Shown: piece after piece, positions 63,863-64,000 of the stretch | Position numbering within the stretch: the stretch's first letter is position 1 | Layout: each line of letters opens with the position of its first letter | NCBI RefSeq assembly: GCF_001194135.2 | Contig: NC_068985.1 | Location: forward strand, 20,920,835-20,984,834 | Direction: 5' to 3' | Length of the DNA stretch: 64,000 bases | DNA from: Octopus bimaculoides | Taxonomy: Eukaryota | The notes under the pieces: generated by a model | Database searches by the model: none | Told to the model about the DNA's origin: nothing | What the model saw: the letters and a program-made list of their open reading frames with translations, nothing else | Position numbers and translations under genes: made by a program

Positions 63863-64000
63863 ACTACCCACTAAGGAATGACATATGTATCTCTTGCTTC
63901 TTGTACCATACCTACAACTCTGTCCCGTCGCCATGTTACTATCTGGCATATAAATGAATACCTACACTCACCAATCTCCAAACACATCATGATCATTGTC

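Overview
AT-rich, microsatellite-dense animal genomic DNA with seven N-gaps. The SINE families and (TA)n/(CA)n/(CAT)n tails look like an octopod cephalopod; this is recognition from memory, not a database match. Most of the window appears to be intron of one large + strand gene. Four short exons with canonical splice sites (1888-1957, 12804-12833, 30175-30339, 38023-38073) join in one open frame, encoding a Ser/Lys-rich segment I cannot name. The introns hold three to four SINE families, RTE, R4/Dong-like, Penelope-like (PLE) and Gypsy relics, two mariner elements and several hAT/mariner MITEs with exact target-site duplications. The most unusual structure is at 63294-63862. It is an insertion with a 12-bp direct repeat at both flanks, made of two divergent copies of a short element that also occurs at 45810-46042. 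Each copy carries a minimal hammerhead-like motif, and between them lies a 126-bp inverted copy of DNA from 2.1 kb upstream. A second hammerhead relic sits in the loop of a fold-back at 2798-2956. No CRISPR, rRNA or true tRNA gene is supported. Nearly all ORFs in the supplied track are microsatellite, N-gap or repeat artefacts.
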